64,000 nucleotides of DNA from the IMG/VR virus record IMGVR_UViG_3300017917_002374, positions 124,001 through 188,000 of that record; one strand, written 5' to 3'. Positions 35,415-45,027 of this stretch are shown piece by piece. Position 1 is the stretch's first letter. The number at the start of each line of letters is the position of its first letter. Below the pieces are notes generated by a model, which was given only the letters and a program-made list of their open reading frames with translations, did not search any database and was not told where the DNA came from. A program made the translations under genes and the position numbers.

Positions 35415-36524
35415 ATGAGTTCTAAATCCACTGAAAGCCGTACTGTTACTACCCAAGGCGCACGTCGCGGTATTCTTAAATGTTTCAAAACCAAGCGTCC
35501 TGTGTTTCTTTGGGGTCCTCCGGGCATTGGTAAATCCGAACTTGTTGCAGGTATCACTGAAGAACTAGGCGGTCATATGATTGACCTGCGTCTGGGTCAA
35601 ATGGAACCAACTGACTTGCGTGGTATTCCTTACTTCAACAAAGAAAAAGGCGTAATGGATTGGGCACCGCCTATTGATCTTCCGGATGCAGAGCTTGCTG
35701 CTCAGTATCCTTTGATCGTGCTGTTCTTGGATGAGATGAACTCAGCTGCTCCTGCTGTTCAAGCAGCCGGTTATCAATTGATTCTCAATCGCCGAGTGGG
35801 TCGTTATGTACTGCCGGACAACGTGGTTATTGTGGCTGCTGGTAACCGTGAAAGCGATAAAGGCGTTACCTATCGTATGCCTACTCCGTTGGCGAACCGT
35901 TTTGTTCATTTGGAACTGCGTGTGGATCATGCCAGCTGGGAAAATTGGGCCACTGCCAATCGTATTCACAAGGACGTGGTTGGTTACATTGGTTTTGCCA
36001 AACAAGATCTGTTTGACTTTGACAGCCGTAGTCCAAGTCGTGCATTTGCCACTCCGCGTTCTTGGAGTTTTGTAAGTCAGTTCTGTGAAGACAATGATAC
36101 CACTGATCAAGAACTCACTGATCTGATCGCAGGCACTGTGGGCGAAGGTATTGCCATCAAGTTCATGGCACATCGTAAGGTTGCAGGTCAAATGCCCAAG
36201 CCAGCTGATGTGCTCAGTGGCAAGGTCAAAGAACTGCAAACCAAAGAAGTTTCTGCTCAGTATTCTCTAGCAGTGAGCTTGTGCTATGAATTGCAAGAGC
36301 ATCATCAGAACGGCGCCAAGCCAGAACAGTGGAACGAAATGGCTGATCATTTCTTGGCATTCATGATGAACAACTTCAACACAGAGCTAGTGGTTATGGG
36401 TGCTCGTACTGCTCTTACCACTTTCAATCTACCCTTGGTACCAACCAAACTCAAGAACTTTGACGAGTTCCACAAACGATTTGGCAAGTACATTTTGGCA
36501 GCCAGTGCCAAAGACAGCAAGTAA
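35415..36524 (+). CDS. MoxR-like AAA+ ATPase
   Basis: GPPGIGKS, LFLDEMN, AAGNR, PLANRF, TPRSW. Confidence 0.92.
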   Translation: MSSKSTESRTVTTQGARRGILKCFKTKRPVFLWGPPGIGKSELVAGITEELGGHMIDLRLGQMEPTDLRGIPYFNKEKGVMDWAPPIDLPDAELAAQYPLIVLFLDEMNSAAPAVQAAGYQLILNRRVGRYVLPDNVVIVAAGNRESDKGVTYRMPTPLANRFVHLELRVDHASWENWATANRIHKDVVGYIGFAKQDLFDFDSRSPSRAFATPRSWSFVSQFCEDNDTTDQELTDLIAGTVGEGIAIKFMAHRKVAGQMPKPADVLSGKVKELQTKEVSAQYSLAVSLCYELQEHHQNGAKPEQWNEMADHFLAFMMNNFNTELVVMGARTALTTFNLPLVPTKLKNFDEFHKRFGKYILAASAKDSK

Positions 36525-36525
36525 C

Positions 36526-36554
36526 AACAAGGGCTACGGCCCTTGTTTTGTTTT
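36526..36554 (+). terminator. Intrinsic terminator
   Basis: AACAAGGGC-TACG-GCCCTTGTT followed by a T-rich tail. Confidence 0.85.
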
Positions 36555-36581
36555 GACATAAAAGATCTAGCCGTGTACAAT
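36553..36581 (+). promoter_or_regulatory. sigma70 promoter
   Basis: TTGACA-N17-TACAAT. Confidence 0.85.
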
Positions 36582-36606
36582 ACAGTATTACATACAAGGA
36601 GTGACT

Positions 36607-37923
36607 ATGAGCATAGCAGGTACTACCGCAGTTGACACTAAAAAAATTGCCAAAGATATCTTGGATCGCGTGGGCGCAAGCGCAGAAGATGTTGTAGAAC
36701 GCAAGCCGGTGGATCCTGTTGTGGATGCGCAGGTGCGTGAAAAAATTATTACCGCACGTATTGCACTCTTGCTCAAGGCTCCGTTCTTTGGTAATCTAGC
36801 CACTCGCCTTCAGCTTAAGAATGCAGACGACTGGTGTCCTACTGCTGCCACTGACGGACGCAACTTCTATTACAATACTGAATTTGTTCAAAAACTACCC
36901 CCTAAACAATTAGAGTTCTTGGTTGGACACGAGGTACTGCATGCTGTATATGATCATATGGGTCGGCGTGTGGATCGTAAACCCAAGATCTTCAACATTG
37001 CCTGCGACTATGCTGTGAACGCAGACCTAGTGGATCAGCGTGTGGGCGAACGCATTACTGTGGTTCCCATGCTGTATGATACCAAGTATCGCGGCATGAG
37101 CGCAGAAGCTATCTACGACGACCTCATGCAAAATGTAAAAGAAGTCACATTGGATCAGCTGGCACAGATGCTGCTGGACGAACACTTAGATGGCAACGGC
37201 GAAGGTGAAGGCGATAATGACAAAGACGGCAAAGGTCGTCCCAAACTAAGTGAAGCAGAAAAAGCAGCCATTCGCGACGAGATTCGTGAAGCTGTGCTCA
37301 ACGCGGCTCAACAAGCAGGTGCAGGCAACATTCCTGCAGGTGTTAAACGCATGATCAAGGATCTTACCGAGCCTGTGATCAACTGGCGTGAGCTACTGCA
37401 ACAGCAGATTGAGAGCACTATCAAGAGCGACTTTACCTGGATGAAACCCAGCCGCAGAGGGTGGCATATGGATGCAATCATGCCCGGTATGCGACCAGGC
37501 GAACAGATTGATGTGTGCATTGCCATTGACACTTCTGGTTCAATTAGCGAGCGAGATATCAAAGACTTCATGACCGAAATCAAGGGCATCATGGAAGCCT
37601 ACGATGAATACAAGATTCATGTATGGTGTTTTGATACTGAGATCTACAATCCGCAGATCTTTACTAGCGACAATCTTGATGATATTGCTGCATACGAACC
37701 ACAAGGTGGTGGCGGAACCGACTTCATGGCTAACTACGAGTTCATGAAAGAGAACAATATTGAACCTAAAAAGTTTATCATGTTCACAGACGGTATGCCA
37801 TTTGGTGAGTGGGGCGATGAACAGTATTGTGACGCTTGCTGGATCATCAAAGGCAATCCAAACGCAGAACCGCCTTTTGGTGTGTGGGCACATTATGAAG
37901 AAGCTGCAAAGGAGGCAGCATGA
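36607..37923 (+). CDS. Metallopeptidase-vWA domain protein (DUF2201-type)
   Basis: HEVLH zincin motif, NIACDYAVN, MIDAS DTSGS, GGGGTDF, FTDG. Confidence 0.9.
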   Translation: MSIAGTTAVDTKKIAKDILDRVGASAEDVVERKPVDPVVDAQVREKIITARIALLLKAPFFGNLATRLQLKNADDWCPTAATDGRNFYYNTEFVQKLPPKQLEFLVGHEVLHAVYDHMGRRVDRKPKIFNIACDYAVNADLVDQRVGERITVVPMLYDTKYRGMSAEAIYDDLMQNVKEVTLDQLAQMLLDEHLDGNGEGEGDNDKDGKGRPKLSEAEKAAIRDEIREAVLNAAQQAGAGNIPAGVKRMIKDLTEPVINWRELLQQQIESTIKSDFTWMKPSRRGWHMDAIMPGMRPGEQIDVCIAIDTSGSISERDIKDFMTEIKGIMEAYDEYKIHVWCFDTEIYNPQIFTSDNLDDIAAYEPQGGGGTDFMANYEFMKENNIEPKKFIMFTDGMPFGEWGDEQYCDACWIIKGNPNAEPPFGVWAHYEEAAKEAA

Positions 37924-38198
37924 AAAAGTTCTTGAATTTTTTGAAGTGGGCCTGGCGCAAGACTGACTGGTTTGATAGGAGCATGATGGTTGCAAGTTTC
38001 TTGATAGGAGCCTCGCTACCTCAAGATGGTCCTGCAGGCAAATATTTACTTTATGCTGGATTAAGTATACCTGTACTATGGGCCTTGCGATTTGTACTGT
38101 ATGTTGGACCCAGGAATGCTTGGCGAGAGTACAACAAAGAACAAGAACAAACTGTTGAATTACTAAAAAAGGATTACTCCAATGAACGAAGATTTTAA
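37920..38198 (+). CDS. Membrane protein
   Basis: GGAGG RBS, two TM segments. Confidence 0.65.
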   Translation: MKKFLNFLKWAWRKTDWFDRSMMVASFLIGASLPQDGPAGKYLLYAGLSIPVLWALRFVLYVGPRNAWREYNKEQEQTVELLKKDYSNERRF

Positions 38199-38340
38199 AT
38201 TGTTTATTTGGCTCATGGTAATCTTTGTGGCTTTGCCCTTGCTGGGACTTGGAGTGAGTGAATGGCGCAAACAAGATTGCAAAATTGAACTGGCCAAGGC
38301 AGGCAAAACTGTTGAAGAGATAACAGCCATATGCAAGTGA
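38182..38340 (+). CDS. Small membrane protein (52 aa)
   Basis: AAGGA RBS; MNEDFKLFIWLMVIFVALPLL. Confidence 0.55.
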   Translation: MNEDFKLFIWLMVIFVALPLLGLGVSEWRKQDCKIELAKAGKTVEEITAICK

Positions 38341-38549
38341 TCGCCTGGCTCAGAGGTATACCTGTTTGGTACTGGTGCTGGAGTTTCAGCACCATTTGCA
38401 TAGGGCTGGCACTCATGCTCTACTATCCTTACAACAGATACTTCTTGATAGCTAGTGTGTTGTGCAGTCTAGCACTGGTAAGTAACTATGTAATTTACAC
38501 ACTGATAACCCATGCAAAAAATTCTAGATTTTTTCAAAATAAAAAGTAG
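38331..38549 (+). CDS. Small membrane protein
   Basis: Hydrophobic coupled ORF. Confidence 0.5.
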   Translation: MQVIAWLRGIPVWYWCWSFSTICIGLALMLYYPYNRYFLIASVLCSLALVSNYVIYTLITHAKNSRFFQNKK

Positions 38550-38712
38550 GCCTGTATGGGAATATAAGATTATTCCCATAATAGATGCTGACGATGGTAA
38601 TTTTGTAGAGTACGAATTGATCATGAATGCTCTAGGCGACCTTGGGTGGGAATTTGCAGGCATATACAAAGACTATCTAATTTTTAAATCATGCTCAAAC
38701 AAAACGAAGTAA
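38512..38712 (+). CDS. Hypothetical protein (DUF4177-like)
   Basis: WEYKII...MNALGDLGWEF pattern. Confidence 0.55.
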   Translation: MQKILDFFKIKSRPVWEYKIIPIIDADDGNFVEYELIMNALGDLGWEFAGIYKDYLIFKSCSNKTK

Positions 38713-38981
38713 ATCCGTTAAATGTGTTTGGTTTGCGCCGGGTAGAGCATTGCCCGCCTCACTTTGAGACCTTGTGCTTTGACCTAAAAACCAACGAAAA
38801 AAATATCTCAGATTGGATCTATGAAAATCTTTCCAGTAGATTCTTTTTAGGAGATACCTATATTTTGAGTCCAGAAAACAACAATGTGGTATTATGTCAC
38901 AAGGTAGGATTTGAAGATTCTAGCGAGCTTACTTATTTTGGCATGTTTCTTGATACCATAAACACCTACGATCACTTCTAA
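38691..38981 (+). CDS. Hypothetical protein
   Basis: NPLNVFGLRRVEHCPPHF. Confidence 0.7.
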   Translation: MLKQNEVNPLNVFGLRRVEHCPPHFETLCFDLKTNEKNISDWIYENLSSRFFLGDTYILSPENNNVVLCHKVGFEDSSELTYFGMFLDTINTYDHF

Positions 38982-39042
38982 ATAAATTTTCTCTTACACA
39001 CATCGGTCGTTAAATACACTGTGTTAATTACGGAGGAAATGT

Positions 39043-39306
39043 ATGTCTGAAGAGCAAGCGCAACCAGCTGGTCCAAACTTGACCATTGCTGACCTTATAC
39101 TCACCGCGCAAATTATTCAAGCTGCTGCACCAAAAGGCCTGTTTAAAGCAGAAGAGCTAAAAGTGGTTGGAGACTTTTATGAAAGATTGATTGGATTCTT
39201 AGAATCATCTGGAGCCATTCAAAGACCCAACCCGCCCACAGAAGCAGTTCAAGAACCAACCCAAACTCAGGAGAAAGCAAATGCTAAAACACGTCGGAAA
39301 GCATAA
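39043..39306 (+). CDS. Hypothetical protein
   Basis: TAAATA and GGAGG upstream. Confidence 0.75.
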   Translation: MSEEQAQPAGPNLTIADLILTAQIIQAAAPKGLFKAEELKVVGDFYERLIGFLESSGAIQRPNPPTEAVQEPTQTQEKANAKTRRKA

Positions 39307-39952
39307 CGATCGCAAGATTGCACTGCTCTGGAGAGAAGTACCAAACGAAGATCACATGTGTCTAGTGGTTTACAGTGATCTATTACCTAGACTGATTCAT
39401 GACGAGATCATGAAAGTGCTTGAAAGCGCCAGCGGTCAAGCAGCAGAAAATCTAGCTGATGCACTATGGCGCAATGTAATGGCTGACGGTAGAAACACAC
39501 TGGAAGCCTTGCATCGCGAAGGTTTCATTAAGAAAGTGCCAACCAATCAAGTGATAGTCACACCCAACGCCAAGAGCACCGTACGTCTTGATGAATTGAA
39601 TACTATTCTTAACGAGATGAAGAATGGTGAAGATGCTGTGAAAAGAATGGCAGAGCTTGATGCTAGTGCAGGCATGACTGGTAAAAAACGTCGTGCTCCA
39701 GAGCCGCGTGAAGTTGGCATGCCGCGAGACAGTCGCGGACAACCAGCACAAGTTCCTTTAACTGAAGCTGCTGATGTGCTTCTAAGTGATGCTGATTTAG
39801 CAAAACAAAGATTAGATCAAGCAGAAAAAATGCGAGCAAATGCTCAACAATTACTAGCCGAAGCAGAGCGATTAATGGCAGAGGCAGCAGAATTTGATCC
39901 AAAGTTAAAGACCAAGCCAAATGCCAAGAAAAAATCAATCCAAGCGCATTAA
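39281..39952 (+). CDS. Hypothetical protein
   Basis: AGGAG RBS, 223 aa. Confidence 0.75.
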   Translation: MLKHVGKHNDRKIALLWREVPNEDHMCLVVYSDLLPRLIHDEIMKVLESASGQAAENLADALWRNVMADGRNTLEALHREGFIKKVPTNQVIVTPNAKSTVRLDELNTILNEMKNGEDAVKRMAELDASAGMTGKKRRAPEPREVGMPRDSRGQPAQVPLTEAADVLLSDADLAKQRLDQAEKMRANAQQLLAEAERLMAEAAEFDPKLKTKPNAKKKSIQAH

Positions 39953-40244
39953 CATTGACCATAGAGAACGATGGAAAAGCATATTGAAAGGTGTTACCAA
40001 GGACGAAGTCCCGGTGGCACTGATCAAGTCAGTAACAGTCAATCTACTAGACGGAACTCAAGTGGAAATAGATGTTCTTGAGTTACTGGATCAAGGATAT
40101 GACACTGACGAAATTGAAAGCATGCTTAACAGTCGTTTGAAAAAACTTGATGAAATAATCAAAGATGTAGATTTTTTTATCAACGTTGACAGTGTGGCAA
40201 GCACTGTGCAACCGGTCACAGATGACATATTAAAAAACCTATAG
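39921..40244 (+). CDS. Hypothetical protein
   Basis: Overlapping ORF. Confidence 0.7.
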   Translation: MPRKNQSKRINIDHRERWKSILKGVTKDEVPVALIKSVTVNLLDGTQVEIDVLELLDQGYDTDEIESMLNSRLKKLDEIIKDVDFFINVDSVASTVQPVTDDILKNL

Positions 40245-40245
40245 C

Positions 40246-40749
40246 ATGATAGCAAGCATTTTTTCAGTTGACCAAACCGGAGGAGTTGGCAATAGAGGTA
40301 CATTACCTTGGCGACATCACCCAGAAGATATGGCATGGTTTAAAGAACTTACTACCAATCATATTGTGATCATGGGACGTCGTACATGGGATGATCCTCG
40401 TATGCCAAAACCTTTACCGCAACGCACTTGTATTGTGGCCAGCAGTTCCAATATCTCATCACATCCTCGTATACGCATAATCAGTGGGGACCTAAACAGT
40501 AAAATTCTTGAATTAGAACAACTGTATCCTAGCAAAACCATTTGGCTCATAGGCGGTGTTAATCTATTGAACCAATGTAAAAGCATCACCGATTATGCAT
40601 ATATCACTCATCGTAAGGGCAGTTTCTTTAGCGACACTCGCATTGATCTTGCTCGTTATATGGCAGGCATGCGAATTACCAGCAGTAGACCTAGCACGGA
40701 TAAAATGTTAAACTTTGCTGTATACAAGAACATTGACCCATTTAGATAA
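40246..40749 (+). CDS. folA: Dihydrofolate reductase
   Basis: GNRGTLPW...DMAWFKELT..IMGRRTW..PKPLPQR, LIGG. Confidence 0.93.
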   Translation: MIASIFSVDQTGGVGNRGTLPWRHHPEDMAWFKELTTNHIVIMGRRTWDDPRMPKPLPQRTCIVASSSNISSHPRIRIISGDLNSKILELEQLYPSKTIWLIGGVNLLNQCKSITDYAYITHRKGSFFSDTRIDLARYMAGMRITSSRPSTDKMLNFAVYKNIDPFR

Positions 40750-41666
40750 TGAAACCCTATCATGAAGCTCTCCAAACTGTTTTACGAGACGGTACCCAAC
40801 GCGGCGACCGTACTGGCACTGGCACTATCAGTGTATTTGGTATGCAGCAACGTTACGACCTGGCTGCAGGATTTCCTGCGGTAACAACAAAAAAACTAGC
40901 GTGGCGAGCTGTAGTCAGCGAGTTGCTGTGGTTCATTGAAGGTTCAGGGGATGAAACTCGCCTACGAGAGATACTACATGGTAGTAGGGATTCCAGTAAG
41001 GACACCATCTGGACTGCCAATGCTACCGCAGCATACTGGAAGCCGCGAGCCAAGTTTGATGGTGACCTAGGTCGTGTGTACGGTGTACAGTGGCGTCATT
41101 GGCGTACTATTAAAGAACGCGAAGCCAATGGATCTTTTAAAGATAGTTTTGGAACCACTTACCGTAGAGTGGGTAACAATATAGAAGTACAGGAAGTTGA
41201 TCAACTATTATCTCTGATCAACGGAATCAAAGCAGATCCATACGGACGAAGACATATGCTATCAGCATGGAACCCAGGCGAATTAGAAGCCATGGCCCTG
41301 CCCCCGTGTCACTGCTTTGCGCAGTTTTATGTAGCAGATGGAAAGTTGTCGTGTCAGATGTATCAAAGATCCTGCGATATGTTTTTAGGTGTTCCTTTTA
41401 ACATCGCTAGCTATAGTCTGCTCACACACATGATAGCACAGGTGTGTGATCTGCAAGTAGGTGAGTTTGTTCACGTACTCGGCGATGCCCACATATATCT
41501 GAATCACGTAGAGCAGGTAAAAGAACAATTGCAACGTGAACCCTTACCCGCTCCACAACTATGGCTCAATCCAGACATCAAAGACATCACTCAGTTTACC
41601 ATGTCTGATATACGTCTGGAGAACTATCAATGTCACAAAGCAATACCGGCACCCATGGCAGTATGA
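40749..41666 (+). CDS. thyA: Thymidylate synthase
   Basis: DRTGTGT, TTKKL, ALPPCH, YQRSCDMFLGVPFN, GDAHIYLNH; uninterrupted. Confidence 0.97.
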   Translation: MKPYHEALQTVLRDGTQRGDRTGTGTISVFGMQQRYDLAAGFPAVTTKKLAWRAVVSELLWFIEGSGDETRLREILHGSRDSSKDTIWTANATAAYWKPRAKFDGDLGRVYGVQWRHWRTIKEREANGSFKDSFGTTYRRVGNNIEVQEVDQLLSLINGIKADPYGRRHMLSAWNPGELEAMALPPCHCFAQFYVADGKLSCQMYQRSCDMFLGVPFNIASYSLLTHMIAQVCDLQVGEFVHVLGDAHIYLNHVEQVKEQLQREPLPAPQLWLNPDIKDITQFTMSDIRLENYQCHKAIPAPMAV

Positions 41667-41893
41667 TCTTTGCTGAGTTTTTTATAGGCGATGTAGAAGA
41701 TCCAGAGATTTATGCAGCTGAGCCTCTTTGGCAATGGCAACAGAGTGAAGCAGGTAAATTTGTCATGGAACATGCACTAGAAACTCCAAGTTTTCAAATC
41801 ATGCCTAATATGGAAACCATGGGCTACAAGGTTCGTGTATATGGCAATCTGTCAGAAAGAGATGAAGTTTTTTATAGGTTGAAATACAAATGA
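41663..41893 (+). CDS. Hypothetical protein
   Basis: GDVEDPEIYAAEPLWQWQ. Confidence 0.7.
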   Translation: MIFAEFFIGDVEDPEIYAAEPLWQWQQSEAGKFVMEHALETPSFQIMPNMETMGYKVRVYGNLSERDEVFYRLKYK

Positions 41894-42855
41894 ATATCTT
41901 GGTTACCGGCGGTGCCGGCTTTATTGGACACAATGTAGTTCATGAACTAGAAGCTCAAGGACATGCTTGCATGATTCTTGATAATCGTACCACCTACGGT
42001 ATCATACCAAACGAGCACATGAGCGCACTGCATGAAGAACGGAGACAATTTTATACCGCTCCTGTACATGGCATTGATCTTGGACACAGTGATGCGGCCG
42101 GCTGTGACTGGATCATGCGACACTACGCAGTTGACACGGTGTTGCACTTGGCCAGCTTTCCAAGACAGAAAGTGGTCAGCGCCAATCCTGGACTGGGCGC
42201 AGAAGTTATGATGGTTGGACTCATGCACTTGTTGGAAGCTGCTAAGAAAAACAATATCAAACGTTTTGTGTATGTGAGCAGCAGCATGGTGTACGGTGAT
42301 TTTACCAATGATATTGATGAAGACTATCCTTGCAATCCTATTGGGCAGTACGGCATCATGAAATTGGCCGGAGAGTGGTTGGTCAAAGACTATGCTCGCC
42401 GCACAGGCATGGAATACGTGATTCTACGACCCAGTGCTGTGTACGGACCACGCGACATTGAAGATCGTGTGGTCAGTAAGTTCTTGATAGCAGCCATGCA
42501 AGGCATTCCTTTGCGTGTAAAAGGCGAAAAAGAAATGCTGGATTTTACCTATGTAGATGATGCTGTAGCGGGCATTGTAGGAGCCACGCTAAGTGCAAAC
42601 AGTGTCAATAAAACCTATAACATCACTCGTAGTGCCAGCCATACCCTGCATCAAGCAGCATTGCTGGCCATACAAACTGTGGACAGACCCGGACACATAA
42701 CTTTTGAAAGTGCAGATGCAGAGTACCCCAGTCGTGCCAGCTTGCGCATAGATCGGGCTAGAGCTGATTTTGGCTACGAGCCAAAAGTGGACATTACCCA
42801 AGGGTTCCAACTTTATTACAATTGGCTCAAAACGTCCGTTTACGCTCAGTCATAA
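41890..42855 (+). CDS. NAD-dependent nucleotide-sugar epimerase/dehydratase
   Basis: TGGAGFIG, SSSMVYG, YGIMK, RPSAVYG, DFTYVDD. Confidence 0.9.
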   Translation: MNILVTGGAGFIGHNVVHELEAQGHACMILDNRTTYGIIPNEHMSALHEERRQFYTAPVHGIDLGHSDAAGCDWIMRHYAVDTVLHLASFPRQKVVSANPGLGAEVMMVGLMHLLEAAKKNNIKRFVYVSSSMVYGDFTNDIDEDYPCNPIGQYGIMKLAGEWLVKDYARRTGMEYVILRPSAVYGPRDIEDRVVSKFLIAAMQGIPLRVKGEKEMLDFTYVDDAVAGIVGATLSANSVNKTYNITRSASHTLHQAALLAIQTVDRPGHITFESADAEYPSRASLRIDRARADFGYEPKVDITQGFQLYYNWLKTSVYAQS

Positions 42856-42939
42856 AATCTCATAAATAATAGAGCTATTGTATTTTTGGACAGCTCAAAA
42901 AACTGTCCATAAATACACAATCTATTACAGGATTAAAAC

Positions 42940-43806
42940 ATGGCAGGACCAGGCGTATTCCCCAAAGAAAATGGGGACATCATATATTATCAAGATTATA
43001 ATGCAATCCGTGCTATTATTGAGCCAATTTTAGGCGTAGGATCTGGAAACAACGGCTATGGACAAGTTCTAACCAGCTCTAATATAAATCAATTTGATCA
43101 AATAACAGAACTGCACTGGGACAATTTACGTTCAGATATTGATAAATGTCTTACACACCAAAGTGGCGGTACTTCGCTGACCAACGTGTCTACCTCAACA
43201 ACCATTTTAAAAGATCTAATTAATCAATATAAAACTGGTGCTGATACCGCAGTTACAAATAAAGATCTTGTGTTTGCTCAAACGCAGTCAGCACTTGGAA
43301 CCGGTATTAGTAGTACATATGCCACTCCGTGGAAAACATCTATTCGTCACAGAGTCACTGTAACATTTTCTACTGCCAACGATGCAAGACATTTTTTTAA
43401 TCTTGGTGGTAATATACGTCTTACTGCCAGTCAAACTGGTAGTGTGGCAGCAACAAAAGATCAACGTTGGGCCGAACTAATTGACAGTTTAGGTGGCATT
43501 TATTACACTCCTAGCAATTATCGCACAGGAGGTAATATTATAATCAAAGCTCAAACTTTTAGTGTGAGTCCGTATGCCGCCAACTTTTATCAAGCATGGG
43601 GCGAACGCACGAGTGATACTACCTTAGTAATTACTGCATTGTTTAACGATGCTTCTGTGCAAACTGGATTTAATCAATCACAAGCTCAATTTGATGAAAA
43701 TGTAACCTTATCTATAACCAGTGCTGTAGATTTTTTCAAATCAATCGGAGCTATTGTAGGTGTTGTTCCTAGCAGCGTTACAAATCTGTTTGCTCTAGGA
43801 CCTTAA
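42940..43806 (+). CDS. Putative virion structural protein
   Basis: Two TAAATA boxes upstream; Thr/Ser/Asn/Gly-rich, RHFFNLGG. Structural role inferred. Confidence 0.55.
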   Translation: MAGPGVFPKENGDIIYYQDYNAIRAIIEPILGVGSGNNGYGQVLTSSNINQFDQITELHWDNLRSDIDKCLTHQSGGTSLTNVSTSTTILKDLINQYKTGADTAVTNKDLVFAQTQSALGTGISSTYATPWKTSIRHRVTVTFSTANDARHFFNLGGNIRLTASQTGSVAATKDQRWAELIDSLGGIYYTPSNYRTGGNIIIKAQTFSVSPYAANFYQAWGERTSDTTLVITALFNDASVQTGFNQSQAQFDENVTLSITSAVDFFKSIGAIVGVVPSSVTNLFALGP

Positions 43807-43855
43807 ATTTTCAATGAGATCTGTCTACTGATAATTACAGTAAAGGATCTCAATT

Positions 43856-44200
43856 ATGTCTGAACTTGATCAACTGCTAGCAGAAGCAGCATTTCAAACT
43901 CATTTCAAGCAACAAAAAGAATTTTTATCAGTTGTGTTCAAAGATGCCTGTGTGTTTACCTACAATGGCGGAATTTTTGAATTGACTCCTGAATTTTTAG
44001 CTGGTCTACAGTTGCGCAACAATTATAATACAGATAATAAGATATGGGCCATTGATAGAAATCAAACTTGTATTTTAATTGACAACGTTGATCTATTCAT
44101 TGAAAAAGCAACTAAAATTTACAATAAGGCATTGGAAGAATACGGAACTGCATGGAATAACATGCGCACCAAACGATCAGTAAGTGCATTGATAAAATGA
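43856..44200 (+). CDS. Hypothetical protein
   Basis: AAGGA RBS. Confidence 0.7.
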   Translation: MSELDQLLAEAAFQTHFKQQKEFLSVVFKDACVFTYNGGIFELTPEFLAGLQLRNNYNTDNKIWAIDRNQTCILIDNVDLFIEKATKIYNKALEEYGTAWNNMRTKRSVSALIK

Positions 44201-45027
44201 GTCAAGGGTTTCTTTTATTTGCACACAATAACGAACATATCAACTATGGCGAACTGGCTGTATGGTGTGCCCGACGATTAAACCATTATTATAATCGCCC
44301 AGTGTCGTTGGTGTGTGACAGCAATACATTACAAAGTATTGAGTCAATCAAATCGTCGCATTTTGATAAGATAATTCTTTCTGAAGTTACCACTTCTCAA
44401 TTAAAAAGATATCATGACAAATTGTATTCGTTTAACAATCTTGATCGTACTGATGCATTTGAAATAACCCCGTACGATGAAACTATTATAATTGATACAG
44501 ATATTGCAATACAATCATCTGTGATGAACTGTTTATGGAACAGTGTACATGATTTTGTAGTGTGCGCAGACTCGCTACATGTGTTTTCAAAAAAAATTGA
44601 AGAATTTAAATATCTAAGTCGCTACAGTTCAAGATTTTTTTGGGCCACACAGTTTTATTTTCGTAAAACTGAACAAACCAAGTTATTTTTTGATACTTGC
44701 AAATATGTAAAAGAAAACTATTGGTGGTATGCGCAATTATATGATTTTGATTCTAATCTTGTGCGCAATGATTACTTGTGGAGTATTGCCCTTGATCTTA
44801 TGGGAGGATCGGCCAACAGTTCTTGGTGTGCAACTATGCCTTGGAAACTTTTTTATGCAACAGACGACGAGCAGTTATTTGATTTAACTGAAGATAAAAT
44901 AATTTTAGGTAATACTAATACTGTTCGGTCTAAGGAAGTATGTGTGATTAGAAACAAAGATGTACATCTAATGAACAAAAATCAACTGATCTACTTTGTC
45001 AAAAAAGAGTTAGGATTAAATCCATGA
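44197..45027 (+). CDS. GT-A (GT8-like) glycosyltransferase-like protein
   Basis: TPYDETIIIDTD (DxD), RNDYLWSIA. Confidence 0.6.
   Translation: MSQGFLLFAHNNEHINYGELAVWCARRLNHYYNRPVSLVCDSNTLQSIESIKSSHFDKIILSEVTTSQLKRYHDKLYSFNNLDRTDAFEITPYDETIIIDTDIAIQSSVMNCLWNSVHDFVVCADSLHVFSKKIEEFKYLSRYSSRFFWATQFYFRKTEQTKLFFDTCKYVKENYWWYAQLYDFDSNLVRNDYLWSIALDLMGGSANSSWCATMPWKLFYATDDEQLFDLTEDKIILGNTNTVRSKEVCVIRNKDVHLMNKNQLIYFVKKELGLNP

Noticed and set aside
3-41666. Inteins or introns in polB and thyA
   Set aside because: Motif spacing is continuous with no insertion or homing-endonuclease signature in the visible parts.
843-42810. Many minus-strand and alternate-frame ORFs in the track (e.g. 843-1208, 1368-1808, 35742-36239, 37540-38274)
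   Set aside because: They lie within confident plus-strand genes, lack RBSs and motifs, and look like shadow ORFs.
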